In this document: piece after piece, positions 36,792 to 46,658 of the stretch | How the letters are laid out: every line of letters starts with the position of its first letter | Position numbering within the stretch: the stretch's first letter is position 1 | Assembly: GCA_963810095.1 (NCBI GenBank) | Contig: CAWEMM010000007.1 | Span: forward strand, 96,001-160,000 | Length of the DNA stretch: 64,000 nt | Source of the DNA: an uncultured Chloroflexia bacterium | GTDB taxonomy: Bacteria > Chloroflexota > Anaerolineae > CG2-30-64-16 | Reading direction: 5' to 3' | Notes under the pieces: model-generated | What the model was told of the DNA's origin: nothing | Database searches by the model: none | Seen by the model: only the letters and a program-made list of their open reading frames with translations | Program-made: the position numbers and the translations under genes

Positions 36792-38018
36792 CTAGTCCCT
36801 CCCCGCGGGCGCACGCCGTTGCGTCGCCCAGAGCGATCCAGCGACGCCGATCGCCAGCGTGGCAACGGCGGTGACGGCAAACATGGCCTGCAGCCCCGCC
36901 TTCGCCGCGATAATGCCGCTCAACCACGGGCCCGCGAACATGCCGAGCGCATAAACCGACTGGTGGACGCCCATCGCCGTGGCCCGCTCGGCCCCGTCGA
37001 CCTGCTCGATGCTCATACCCATGAGTATTGGGTAGCACAGGCCGTACCCGATGCCGACCAGCACCTGCACCGCCAGCAGCCATGCGATCGAGTTAGCCAC
37101 CGCGCCACATGCCGCACCGAGCGCGAGCGCGACGAAGCTCACGATGAGCAGGGGGCGCTTGTCAAAGCGTTTGACGAGAAACGCGGCCGCAAGGACCGCG
37201 GGCGTGAAAACCGCCAGGTGCACGACCGTTAGGTTGCTGACCATCGAGTCGGCCGCGCCCAGATTCTTGGCCAGGAGCGCCACGAACCCATACACCAGTC
37301 CCATAAGCACGTAGTGCGCCATTGCGCTCAGCCCCGCGGGCAGCAGGACGTCGGGGCGCCCCGCCAGCCGCCCGATGCCCTTGATTGTCGGGGCCTTGGC
37401 CGGCCGCCGGGGTTCGCCCGTGGGCAGCACGAGGACGATCGCGATACCCGCCAACACGGCCGCAGCGACAAATGCCAGCGGATAGCCGCCGAGCGCGTTG
37501 AGCGGGCCGGTTGATGCCGTCGCCAGCACCCGGGCGACCGCGGACATGACGGTCAGCGTGGTCGTCGCCTGCACGGCCTTCTCCGGGGGGTAGAGCGAAC
37601 TGAAAACCACCGTCAGCGGCACCCAGGTCGCCGCGGCAATGCCGGTGATCGAGCGGCCGATCAGCAGGGCCTGGGTCGAGTGCGCGGCGCCCATCAGCAG
37701 GGCCCCGGCCCCTGCCAGCGCCAGGCCGGCCGCGATAAAAGGCTTGCGCCGGCCGGCCCAGTCGGAGGCTATGCCGACTGGGAGACGGGTCAGCGCCTGC
37801 CACAACCCGTACATAGACAGGATCGTGCCAATCAGGGCCAGGTCGGGGGTGAGCGTTCCGGCGTAGGTGGGAAGGGTCGGTACGTAGGTGTAGAGGGATG
37901 CCCAATAGAGCAGCGCGACCGTCCCGTATAGCACGACCGCGACCCGGTGACTGCTGAGGCGCGCGGCGACTCCAGCCGGCGCCTTGGCCGGCTGCACCCC
38001 GGAGAGTGGATCTCGCAC
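36792..38018 (-). CDS. MFS transporter
   Basis: About 12 TM, G..SD.AGRRK motif A; GTG start overlaps the CBS gene stop. Confidence 0.9.
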   Translation of the reverse strand: MRDPLSGVQPAKAPAGVAARLSSHRVAVVLYGTVALLYWASLYTYVPTLPTYAGTLTPDLALIGTILSMYGLWQALTRLPVGIASDWAGRRKPFIAAGLALAGAGALLMGAAHSTQALLIGRSITGIAAATWVPLTVVFSSLYPPEKAVQATTTLTVMSAVARVLATASTGPLNALGGYPLAFVAAAVLAGIAIVLVLPTGEPRRPAKAPTIKGIGRLAGRPDVLLPAGLSAMAHYVLMGLVYGFVALLAKNLGAADSMVSNLTVVHLAVFTPAVLAAAFLVKRFDKRPLLIVSFVALALGAACGAVANSIAWLLAVQVLVGIGYGLCYPILMGMSIEQVDGAERATAMGVHQSVYALGMFAGPWLSGIIAAKAGLQAMFAVTAVATLAIGVAGSLWATQRRAPAGRD

Positions 38019-38431
38019 TATCTGTGCTCCCTGGCTTCGAGTTTCACCATGTGGTAAACGACGTCCGCCGCGGAGACGACGGCGATCGGGCGCATCTTGT
38101 CGCCTTCGTGGCGGACGGCAACGACCCGGTGGATCCGTTCGTTCAGGAGGAGATCGCAGACCTCGGCAAGGGTAGTATCGAGGGTCACCGTCACGACGCC
38201 CGCGCTCATGTACTGTCCGACCGTCCGCCCGGCCCAAGGGCCGCCGTTCTCCCACGCTCGGAGCAGGTCGGTGCGGCTGAGGATGCCGGCCAGATAGCCT
38301 TCTTCGTCCACGACCACCAGCGCACTGACGTCTTCACCCGTCATGCGCCGTGCCGCCTCAACCAGCAATGTGCCGGGCGTACAGGTCAGCACACCCAACC
38401 GTTTGGCCTGCATCACCGTCGTGTTCGGCAT
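38018..38431 (-). CDS. CBS-pair domain protein
   Basis: LVVVDEEGYLAGILSRTD, IHRVVAV, VVSAADVV. Confidence 0.9.
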   Translation of the reverse strand: MPNTTVMQAKRLGVLTCTPGTLLVEAARRMTGEDVSALVVVDEEGYLAGILSRTDLLRAWENGGPWAGRTVGQYMSAGVVTVTLDTTLAEVCDLLLNERIHRVVAVRHEGDKMRPIAVVSAADVVYHMVKLEAREHR

Positions 38432-38560
38432 CTCGTCCTCCGGGCACCCGGGCAGGGGCCGATGGTTACATCATCTCGTGCGATGACGAGGGTGGGCGCG
38501 TGCCTGCAATCCGCGGTACAAGGCGGACCCTCGTAGATTGTGAAAAGTATAGCCGGGGCG

Positions 38561-41500
38561 TTAAGCCATGTCAAGGACCTGCGTGATCTGTCCGGCTTGC
38601 AGCCACCCGACCCCGTACTCGTCGACCGTCCAGCGGCCCTGCACCAGCAGGGGCTTCCAGGGCGCCGGGCTGCGCGTGCCCTTCGCCGCGTGCAAGAACA
38701 CGAACCGCTCGCCATCGCCCAGGAAGAAGCCGGGCCCCCCGGTCCAGCCAGGGAGCCGCACGCCGGCTGTGAGCAGGGCCTTGCTGCGCGTAGCCATTAT
38801 CTCTGCCAGCGAGGCGTGGGCAGGAAGTGCCGCGCGCGCCGGCGCCAACGGGTCGGCCAGCGCGCTCACCGGCAGACCGAGCAGCTCTTGCTCCCATTCC
38901 CAGCGCCGGTCGACGGGCTCGGGTGGGGGCTGGGGCCGCGCGAAGTCGAAGGCGAGCTGATTGAGCCCGCCTCGTCTCCGCAACAGGTCCGCTTCGGCCA
39001 GTAGCTCGCTCCGGCTGCCCGCGCCGCCGAGCCCGTCGAGCGCACCGCAGCGGATCAAGTGGTCGAGCTCTTTTGGCTGCAGTTCCACCCGCAACAGCAG
39101 GTTCCGCAAATCGAGGTAGGGGCCGGGACCGCCAGGGCGGGCGCGCTCCGCCACAATAGCGGCCGCGGCGCTGTTGCGCAGGTCACGCACCTGGCCCAGG
39201 CCCATGTACAGCGTGCCAAGCGCGCCTTGACCGGGCACGAGCGTGAACTTGCTCCCGCTGAAGTTTACGTGCGGCGGACGGACGGGGATGCCGAGGCGCA
39301 CCGCCTCCGACATGTAGATCGCGGGATGGTGGAAGCCGCCCCAGTCCTGCAGGCGAGCGGCGAGGAACTCCGCAGGGTAGTGGGTCTTGAGGTAGGCACT
39401 GCGGAAGCTGACGTCGGCGTACGCGGTGGCATGGCCCTGGTTGAAGCCGTAGCCGGCGAAGGGAAGTATCTGCTCCCACAGCTGGACTGCAGTCGCCGGA
39501 GTCATGCCGGGCCCTGCCGGGGCGGGCCGGATGCACCCCTGGACGAACTGTTCCTGGAGTGCGGCGATTTCGTGGCGGCCGAAGTGGCTCATGCCGCGTC
39601 GCAGGTGATCGGCCTGGGCCCAGCTCAAGCCCGCCACCTCGGTCGCGATCCGCAGCACCTGTTCCTGGAAGATCAGTACGCCCTTCGTGGGCCCCAAGAT
39701 GGGCGCCAGGGACGCGTGCAGATACGTCGTCGGCTGCTCCCCCCGGTACCGTTTCACGAACTTGTCCGCCATGCCGCCCATCGCGGGGCCAGGCTTGAAG
39801 AACGCGTTGGCAATGGCCAGGTCGCGCACTCGCCGCGCCTTCAGCTTGCGGAGCGTTCGCTGTGCGCCTTCCGACTCACACTGGAAGACTCCGATGGTCT
39901 CGGCGCGCGCGATCAGATCGCCTGTCGCCCGGTCGTCGAGCGGGATCTTCGACAACTCGAACGCGGGGTCACGCTGCGCACGGACCATCTCGGCCGCGTC
40001 GGCCAACACCGTGAGCGCCCGGATGCCGAGCAAATCAAGCTTGGGCAGGCCGATCGCGGCCACGTCACCGTGTTCGTACTGGGTGACCAGGAAGCCCTTG
40101 GGCGTCCACTGGAGCGGCGCCATGTCGGTCATCGGGCCGGGCGAGATGACTACGCCGCCGGGGTGAATGCTGATGTGGTCGGGCGTGCCCACCAGGTCCC
40201 ATGCGGCCTGGGCCACCTCGCGCTCCCGGCTGTCCTCAATCTCGGGCAGGATGTCGGCGATCGTGCGCTCGTCGCGGCGACGGGGGTCCGGGTGCCAGCG
40301 CCCCGGCATCATCCCTGCGAGCTTGTTGATCGCCTCGTCGTCCAACCCGTAAGCCTTGCCCACCTCGCGCACGGCAGACTGGGGCCGCATGGTGCTGATC
40401 GTGCAGACCATGGCGACCCGGTCCGGGCCGTAATGGTCGCGCACGTAGCGCAGGACCTCGTCGCGGCGAGCGGAGCAGAAATCGAGGTCGATATCGGGTG
40501 GATCACGCCTGGCCGGGTTGAGGAAGCGCTCGAAAAGCAGGTCGTGCTCGATCGGGTCGACCGTCGTGATGCCCGCGCAGTAGGCCACCAGCGAGTTTGC
40601 CACGCTGCCCCGGGTGCTGACGGGCACGCCGTGCTCCCGTGCGAAGCGGACGATGTCGGCCACGACCAGGAACAGCGGCGCGTAGCCGTGCTCCGTGATG
40701 GCGGCGAGTTCCTTTTCGAGACGGTCTTCGGGAGGCGATTCGCGATAGCGCTCCTCCAGCCCGGCCTTCGCCGCGGCGGCGAGGGCGCCGGCAGGCGTTT
40801 GGCCTTGCGGCAGCGCGATGCTGGGCCAGACGGGCCGGCCGTCCGGCAGTGCGCGGCCGCACCGGGCTGCCACCCGCGCGGTCGCCTCGAGCGCATGCCC
40901 GTACCCGGCGTATCGAGCGGTCATCTCGGCTTCGGTCAACCAGTTCCGGCTCAGCTCGTCGCGCGGCTTGCCGGCGGGCCCACGCACGTCCGTGCCGGTG
41001 CGAGCCGTATACTCCGTTCTTGCCGTGTCTCGCACCGCCGGTCCGTCCCACATCCCCGCTTCGGGCGCAGCCTCGTCGCTCCCTTCGAGTGGCTCGTCAG
41101 ATTCGGGCACGGCGTCGAGCGGGCGGTTCGCCCGGATGGCCGCCAGCAGCCGCAGCCTCGGGGCTTCTTCCGGGCTGAGGCAGTAGATGGGCCGCACGGC
41201 GACCAACGGCATGCCCAGCCGCCGGGCCAGGCTGGCCAGTTCGGCCGCTCTCGGCGCATCCTGGACGCCGTCCAGTTCCAGCGCCAGGCACGCGTCCTCG
41301 TCGAAGGTGCCCGCAAGGCGAGCTGCAAACGCCTGCGCCGCGCCCGTTTCGCCGGCCGCCAGGAAGCGGTCGACCCAGCCGTCGCGGCCGCCGCTGAGGC
41401 AAATCAGGCCCTCCCGGTGCGTCGCGACCTGCTCCCAGAGCAGGCCCGTTTCTGAAACGGCCTCACGGTCCGCCCGGCCCTGGATGAGGGTGGAGAGGCG

Positions 41501-41824
41501 GCACAGCGAGCGGTAGCCGGACGCGTCCTTTGCGAGCAGGACGAGGTGGCCCGGACCCGTGTCGGCCTGCCCGGGCCGCGCTGCGCCGCTGGCGGGCCGC
41601 TGCAGGGTGACCGTCATCCCGACGATGGGCTGCACTCCGGCCTTGTCGCAAGCCCTGGCAAACGCGATTGCAGCGTACAGCGCGTTCGTGTCGGTCAGCG
41701 CGAGGTGGGTCATCCCCTCGCCGGCCGCGCGGGCGGCGAGGGCTTCGGGCGAGGGCGTGGCCCCGAGCAGCGTCAGGTTCGAGTGGACCTCGAGATGGGT
41801 GAATGGCACGTGGGCATGCGACAT
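38561..41824 (-). CDS. dnaE2: DNA polymerase III alpha subunit, DnaE2 (error-prone)-like
   Basis: PHP domain (HLEVHS, LALTDTN), RGSVANS, PPDIDLDF, HPGG, KLDLLG, GVFQCES, YGFNQGHA; shortened C-terminus. Confidence 0.85.
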   Translation of the reverse strand: MSHAHVPFTHLEVHSNLTLLGATPSPEALAARAAGEGMTHLALTDTNALYAAIAFARACDKAGVQPIVGMTVTLQRPASGAARPGQADTGPGHLVLLAKDASGYRSLCRLSTLIQGRADREAVSETGLLWEQVATHREGLICLSGGRDGWVDRFLAAGETGAAQAFAARLAGTFDEDACLALELDGVQDAPRAAELASLARRLGMPLVAVRPIYCLSPEEAPRLRLLAAIRANRPLDAVPESDEPLEGSDEAAPEAGMWDGPAVRDTARTEYTARTGTDVRGPAGKPRDELSRNWLTEAEMTARYAGYGHALEATARVAARCGRALPDGRPVWPSIALPQGQTPAGALAAAAKAGLEERYRESPPEDRLEKELAAITEHGYAPLFLVVADIVRFAREHGVPVSTRGSVANSLVAYCAGITTVDPIEHDLLFERFLNPARRDPPDIDLDFCSARRDEVLRYVRDHYGPDRVAMVCTISTMRPQSAVREVGKAYGLDDEAINKLAGMMPGRWHPDPRRRDERTIADILPEIEDSREREVAQAAWDLVGTPDHISIHPGGVVISPGPMTDMAPLQWTPKGFLVTQYEHGDVAAIGLPKLDLLGIRALTVLADAAEMVRAQRDPAFELSKIPLDDRATGDLIARAETIGVFQCESEGAQRTLRKLKARRVRDLAIANAFFKPGPAMGGMADKFVKRYRGEQPTTYLHASLAPILGPTKGVLIFQEQVLRIATEVAGLSWAQADHLRRGMSHFGRHEIAALQEQFVQGCIRPAPAGPGMTPATAVQLWEQILPFAGYGFNQGHATAYADVSFRSAYLKTHYPAEFLAARLQDWGGFHHPAIYMSEAVRLGIPVRPPHVNFSGSKFTLVPGQGALGTLYMGLGQVRDLRNSAAAAIVAERARPGGPGPYLDLRNLLLRVELQPKELDHLIRCGALDGLGGAGSRSELLAEADLLRRRGGLNQLAFDFARPQPPPEPVDRRWEWEQELLGLPVSALADPLAPARAALPAHASLAEIMATRSKALLTAGVRLPGWTGGPGFFLGDGERFVFLHAAKGTRSPAPWKPLLVQGRWTVDEYGVGWLQAGQITQVLDMA

Positions 41825-41959
41825 GGCCGGCATGATAGCACATGGCATGTGATAGCACAGAAGTCTCATCCCGTGCTATGATGCCGGATGAACTCGGGCA
41901 GCCTGAGCGGCGTCGTGCGGGCCGCAACCACCCGTCAGGAGGGGTGCTATTATCCCGCC

Positions 41960-43961
41960 ATCGATCCTTGGCGTCGACGTCGGCGGCACGTTCACCGACT
42001 TCGTCTACATCGCCGGCGAGCAGGTAAAGATCACCAAGGTCCTTTCCACGCGGGCCGACCCGTCGCGGGCCATTCTGGAAGGTATCGATCGGCTTGGGGT
42101 GGCGCCCAACGCCGTCATCTCACATGGGACCACCGTCGCGACCAACGCCCTGCTGGAGCACCGCGGCGCGGCGACCGCCCTGATCACCACTTCCGGTTTT
42201 CGCGACGTGCTGGCCATCGGCCGGCAGACGCGGCCGAGCCTCTACCGGCTCTCCTTTCCGCCGCGGTGGACGCCTACCCCGGAGGCGCTGTGCTTCGGCG
42301 TGCCCGAGCGCGTCGCGCCCGACGGGTCCATCCTCGTGCCCCTGCAGGAGCACGAAGTCGAGCAGGTGCTGGACCAGGCGGTGGCCGGCGGCGCGGAATC
42401 GCTCGCAGTATGCCTCCTCTTCGCCTTCGCGAACCCCGCGCATGAGCAGTTGATCGGCGCGGCCGCACGGCGGCGCGGCTTGCCGGTTTCCCTTTCATCC
42501 GACATCCTGCCGGAGTTCCGCGAGTTCGAGCGTGCGTCGACCACGGTGCTGAACGCGTACGTCTCGCCGTTGATGCACCGCTACATTGCCGGGCTCCGGG
42601 CCGGCCTGGGCCCCGGCCGCCCACTGTGGATCATGCAGTCGTCTGGCGGCATCCTGACGGCGGAGGCCGCGCACGTTCAGGCTGTCCGCACGCTCCTATC
42701 GGGGCCGGCCGCCGGCGCACTTGGGGCATTCCACGTGGCTTCACAGGCGGGTCAGCCGAGGGTGATGACCTTCGATATGGGGGGCACTTCCACCGACGCG
42801 GCCCTCATCGACGGCCGGATCCCTCGTACCTCGGAGGGGAACATCGAGGGCTGGCCCGTGCGCGTGCCCACACTCGACATCCACACCGTTGGTGCAGGCG
42901 GCGGCTCGATCGGATGGGTCGACGCGGGCGGCGCGCTGCGCGTCGGGCCAGCGAGCGCAGGCAGTGAGCCGGGTCCGGCGTGTTATGGCCGGGGAGGTGA
43001 TCGCTTCACGGTCACGGACGCCAACCTGGTGCTTGGCCGGCTGCACCCCGGGCATTTCCTGGGGGGGCGGATGCGGCTGGATCCGGAGGCGGCGCGCTCT
43101 GCAGGCGAGCAGTTGGCCGGCCGTTTGCGCCTGAGCATGGAGGAACTAGCCGAAGGCGTGCTGCGGGTCGCGGATGCGCGCATGGAACAGGCGCTGCGGG
43201 TCATCTCCGTCGAGCGCGGCGCAGACCCGCGCGGCTTCACCTTGCTGCCCTTCGGAGGCGCCGGGCCGCTCCACGCCCTCTCGCTGGCCGAGGCTCTGCG
43301 CATCCCCCGGGTGCTGATCCCGCGGCATCCGGGCGTCCTGTCCGCGCTCGGGCTGGCGTTGGCCGACTTCATCGTGGACTTCTCGCAGACGGTGATGCTG
43401 CAGCCCTTGGAAGGGCAAGTGGACGAGGCCCAGCAGGTGCTCGCACGCGCCTTTGCTCCGCTCGAAGCGGCTGGCTGCGCCGCCCTTGCCGCCGAGGGAT
43501 TTGCGGGCGGCGATACCGCATTGTTGGAGCACGGCCTGGACGTACGGTATCAGGGCCAGTCCTTTGAGTTGAGCGTTCCGTTGGAGGGGATGGACCTTCG
43601 GCGGGCGCTCTCGGCCTTCCATGTCGCGCACGAGGTCAGGTATGGCTATGCCCGGCCCGGGGCGGCGGTCGAGATTGTCAACGTCCGGCTGACCGCCCGG
43701 GGGCTGCGGCCCAAGCTGTCGTTTCCCCCTGCTCCGCCCGCGGCCGGGTCCGACCCTGCCGTCGCGCTGGTCGACCGCCGGCCCATACACCTGCACGGAC
43801 GCTGGATGGAGGCGCCGGTGTACGAGCGCGGGCTGTTGAGACCGGGCCACACGCTGGCCGGGCCGGCCCTGGTCGTGCAGGAAGATGCCACGACCCTGGT
43901 CCTCCCCGGCTGGCGCGCGCGCGTCGACGCCTGGTTGAACCTGTCGCTAGAGGCTGATTAG
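41960..43961 (+). CDS. Hydantoinase/oxoprolinase subunit A (HyuA-like)
   Basis: ILGVDVGGTFTD from 41964 in frame with ORF 42099-43961; HGTTVATN, DMGGTSTD, GAGGGS. Start probably ATG read as ATCG. Confidence 0.92.
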
Positions 43962-44032
43962 CCACAAAGACACGTGGGCTCAACGCTTCGCAATCCTCGT
44001 GGTGCGTCTTCGTGTCCTTGTGCCTTTGTGGT
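43961..44032. repeat. Family B palindromic repeat
   Basis: gccacaaagacac...gtgtccttgtgcctttgtggt between hyuA and hyuB. Confidence 0.75.
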
Positions 44033-44054
44033 GAAGGTAGTGTCGGAGTTGCGA

Positions 44055-45663
44055 ATGGCCGGTTTTGACCCTGTCTTGCTCGAGATCATGAACAGCTTGC
44101 TTGCGGCGGTGGCAGAGGAGATGGGCGCGGCCCTGCGGCGGACGGCCTACTCGCCAAACATCAAGGAGCGCCGCGACTTTTCCTGCGCGGTGTTCGACGC
44201 GCACGCTCATCTCGTCGCGCAGGCCGCACACATCCCCGTCCATCTCGGCGCCATGCCGCTGTCGGTCGCAGCCGCTATCGAGCGCTTCCCGCACCTGGCG
44301 GATGGCGACATCGTGGTCCTGAACGACCCGTACGCGGGCGGCTCGCACCTGCCCGACATCACGATGGTTGCGCCCGTCTTCGCAGCCGAGGAACCCGGTG
44401 ATCTGCTCGGCTACGTTGCCTCACGCGCCCACCATGCCGACGTGGGGGGCATTACGCCGGGCTCCATGCCCCTGGCCGACGAGCTTTTCCAGGAGGGCCT
44501 GATCATTCCACCGGTGCTTCTGCAAAGGCGGGGTGTGCCAGACGAGGGTGTGCGTGACCTGATCACCCGCAACAGCCGCACGCCGGAGGAGCGATTAGGC
44601 GATCTCGAGCGCGCAACTGTCGGCCCAACGACTGGGCGCCCGGCGGGTACAGGAACTGGCGGCCCGTTATGGTCGGGGCCTCTTGGCAGAGTACATGGCC
44701 CATCTCCAGGACTACGCGGAGCGATCGGTCCGTGTGTTGATCGACAGCATGCCGCCCGGCCAGTTTACCTTCGAGGACGTCATGGACGACGACGGGTTCG
44801 GGAATGTGGACCTGCCCATTCGCGTAGCCATAGAGGTGCAGGAAGGGGACCTTGTCGTGGACTTCACCGGCACCGCGCCGCAGACGCGGGGCGGTATCAA
44901 CGCGGTGCGTCCGGTGACGGTGTCTGCCGTCTACTACGTCGTCCGCTGCCTGATCGGCGACTCGCCTGTGCCGACCAACGCAGGGATCTTTCGCCCATTG
45001 CGGATAGTCACGCAACCTGGAACGCTGGTCGACGCACGATTTGGAGCCGCAGTTGCGGCCGGGAATGTCGAGACGTCGCAGCGCATCGTCGACGTCGTGC
45101 TGGGCGCGTTCGGACGCGCCTTCCTGCATGCCGCACCTGAGCGGGCGGTCGCGGCCTCACAGGGCACCATGAACAATATCACGATCGGCGGGATTGATCC
45201 CCGCAGCGGCCGGCCTTTCGCATACTACGAGACGGTTGCAGGGGGGATGGGCGGCAGTGGCGTATCAGACGGGCTTTCGGGTGTGCACGTCCACATGACC
45301 AATACCCTCAACACGCCGGCCGAGGCGTTGGAGTACGCGTATCCGCTGCGAGTGACACGCTACGAGCTTCGCCGCGGCTCGGGCGGCGCGGGACGGCAGC
45401 GGGGCGGCGACGGGCTGATCCGGGAGATCGAACTGCTGGGCGACGCGACAGTCACCCTGTTGTCTGAGCGGCGACGGCGCGCGCCGTACGGCTTGGACGG
45501 CGGCGGCGAAGGGAAGCGGGGCGAGAACTGGTACTGCCCGAACGGCGGCGAGCCGCGCCGGCTCGGCGGTAAGGCGACGTTCGGCGCGCAGCGCGGGGAT
45601 CGGGTGCGCATGGAAACCCCTGGCGGCGGGGGCACAGGCGTGATCGACGACCCGGCGGACTAG
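44055..45663 (+). CDS. Hydantoinase B/oxoprolinase subunit (frameshift near 44610)
   Basis: SPNIKERRDFSCA, NDPYAGGSHLPD, HHADVGG, MTNTLNTP, TPGGGG. Confidence 0.93.
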
Positions 45664-45761
45664 CCGAATCGCAGCGCTGGGATGTGCGCTGGGGCCGGTC
45701 CCTGACCGGCCCCGGCCAAGACAAACGAACGAGCCTGAAGGACAGGTAGGCCCTGTACGCT

Positions 45762-46142
45762 CTATTCCGCCGTCCCGGACGTCTTCCGCGGTGCACGAAC
45801 CGGCTTCGCCCGCCGGCCATCGACCAGTAGGTGCATCACGGCCAGGTACGGGTGCTTCCACATCATCCGTGGCCCGGCGTACCGCATCACCTGGCGTACT
45901 TCTTCCCGCCGGTCAAGCTTGTAGCAGTGCGTCGGGCATTTCGCACAGGTGGTCTTCTGTTCCTGGTACGGGCATTTGTTCAGCCGCAGCCCGGCGTAGG
46001 ACTGCAGGCTCTGGCACGACTCGCACAGCGCGTCACCCCGGCTCCCGTGCTTGTCGTGGCAGTAGATGGCGACCATCGCCTCGATCGTTCGTGCCTCGCG
46101 CGCCATGCGCGGGCTCGTATTGGTCAGTTCGATGCGTTGCAC
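45762..46142 (-). CDS. YgbA (nitrous oxide-stimulated promoter) family Cys-rich protein
   Basis: RE..TI..M..IYC..KH, CxxC, CP...K..CxxC..HCY, MRYAGPRM..KHP. Confidence 0.9.
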   Translation of the reverse strand: MQRIELTNTSPRMAREARTIEAMVAIYCHDKHGSRGDALCESCQSLQSYAGLRLNKCPYQEQKTTCAKCPTHCYKLDRREEVRQVMRYAGPRMMWKHPYLAVMHLLVDGRRAKPVRAPRKTSGTAE

Positions 46143-46503
46143 GCGTCCAACCCCTTGATAGTGTGATCACCGCCAGTATAGCGGTTATGTCCCGAGCCGC
46201 AGCGACTTTTGTCCCCTTCGCGCTGGCAGCAGAAAGTGGGCTGCCATCTTATCCGCGTCGCCTTGGCACCGGCATTCAAGACGACTTGCTTATTTGCAGC
46301 CTCACGCGCTATACTAGCGCCAGCCTGCCCCTCTGCAGGCGCATTGCCCCGCCAGGTCTCAGCGTTGAGCGTGCGCGCATGCACACATGCCCGGCATGTG
46401 CCCACATGCGTCGGCCGATGTCGGCCCGGACTGCGCCGCTCGAAGGCCGCGCCGCACGCGCACTCGACGCTGCTCATTGTTGGTCCCTGTTCGCACGGTC
46501 CAC

Positions 46504-46555
46504 ACCGCCCGGTTGCAAACCGCCCGATTGCAAACCGCCCGGTTGCAAACCGCCC
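46504..46555. repeat. 15-bp tandem repeat x3.5 upstream of the beta-eliminating lyase
   Basis: ACCGCCCG(G/A)TTGCAA at 46504, 46519, 46534, plus a partial copy at 46549. Confidence 0.9.
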
Positions 46556-46658
46556 TTTTCTGTTTAGCCTTGCCCTGGCAGCGTCTTGACCCTCCTTCGT
46601 AGCACACGCTAACCCGCACGCCCGCGGCCTGGCCCCATCCCAGGACGGAGGCTCGCAC

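Noticed and set aside
46504-46555. Possible CRISPR array (also considered for family A repeats at 58619-58742)
   Set aside because: No unique spacers of regular length and no cas genes in the window.
46143-46658. tnaC-like leader peptide
   Set aside because: No short ORF with an SD and the Trp...Pro-stop pattern was found.
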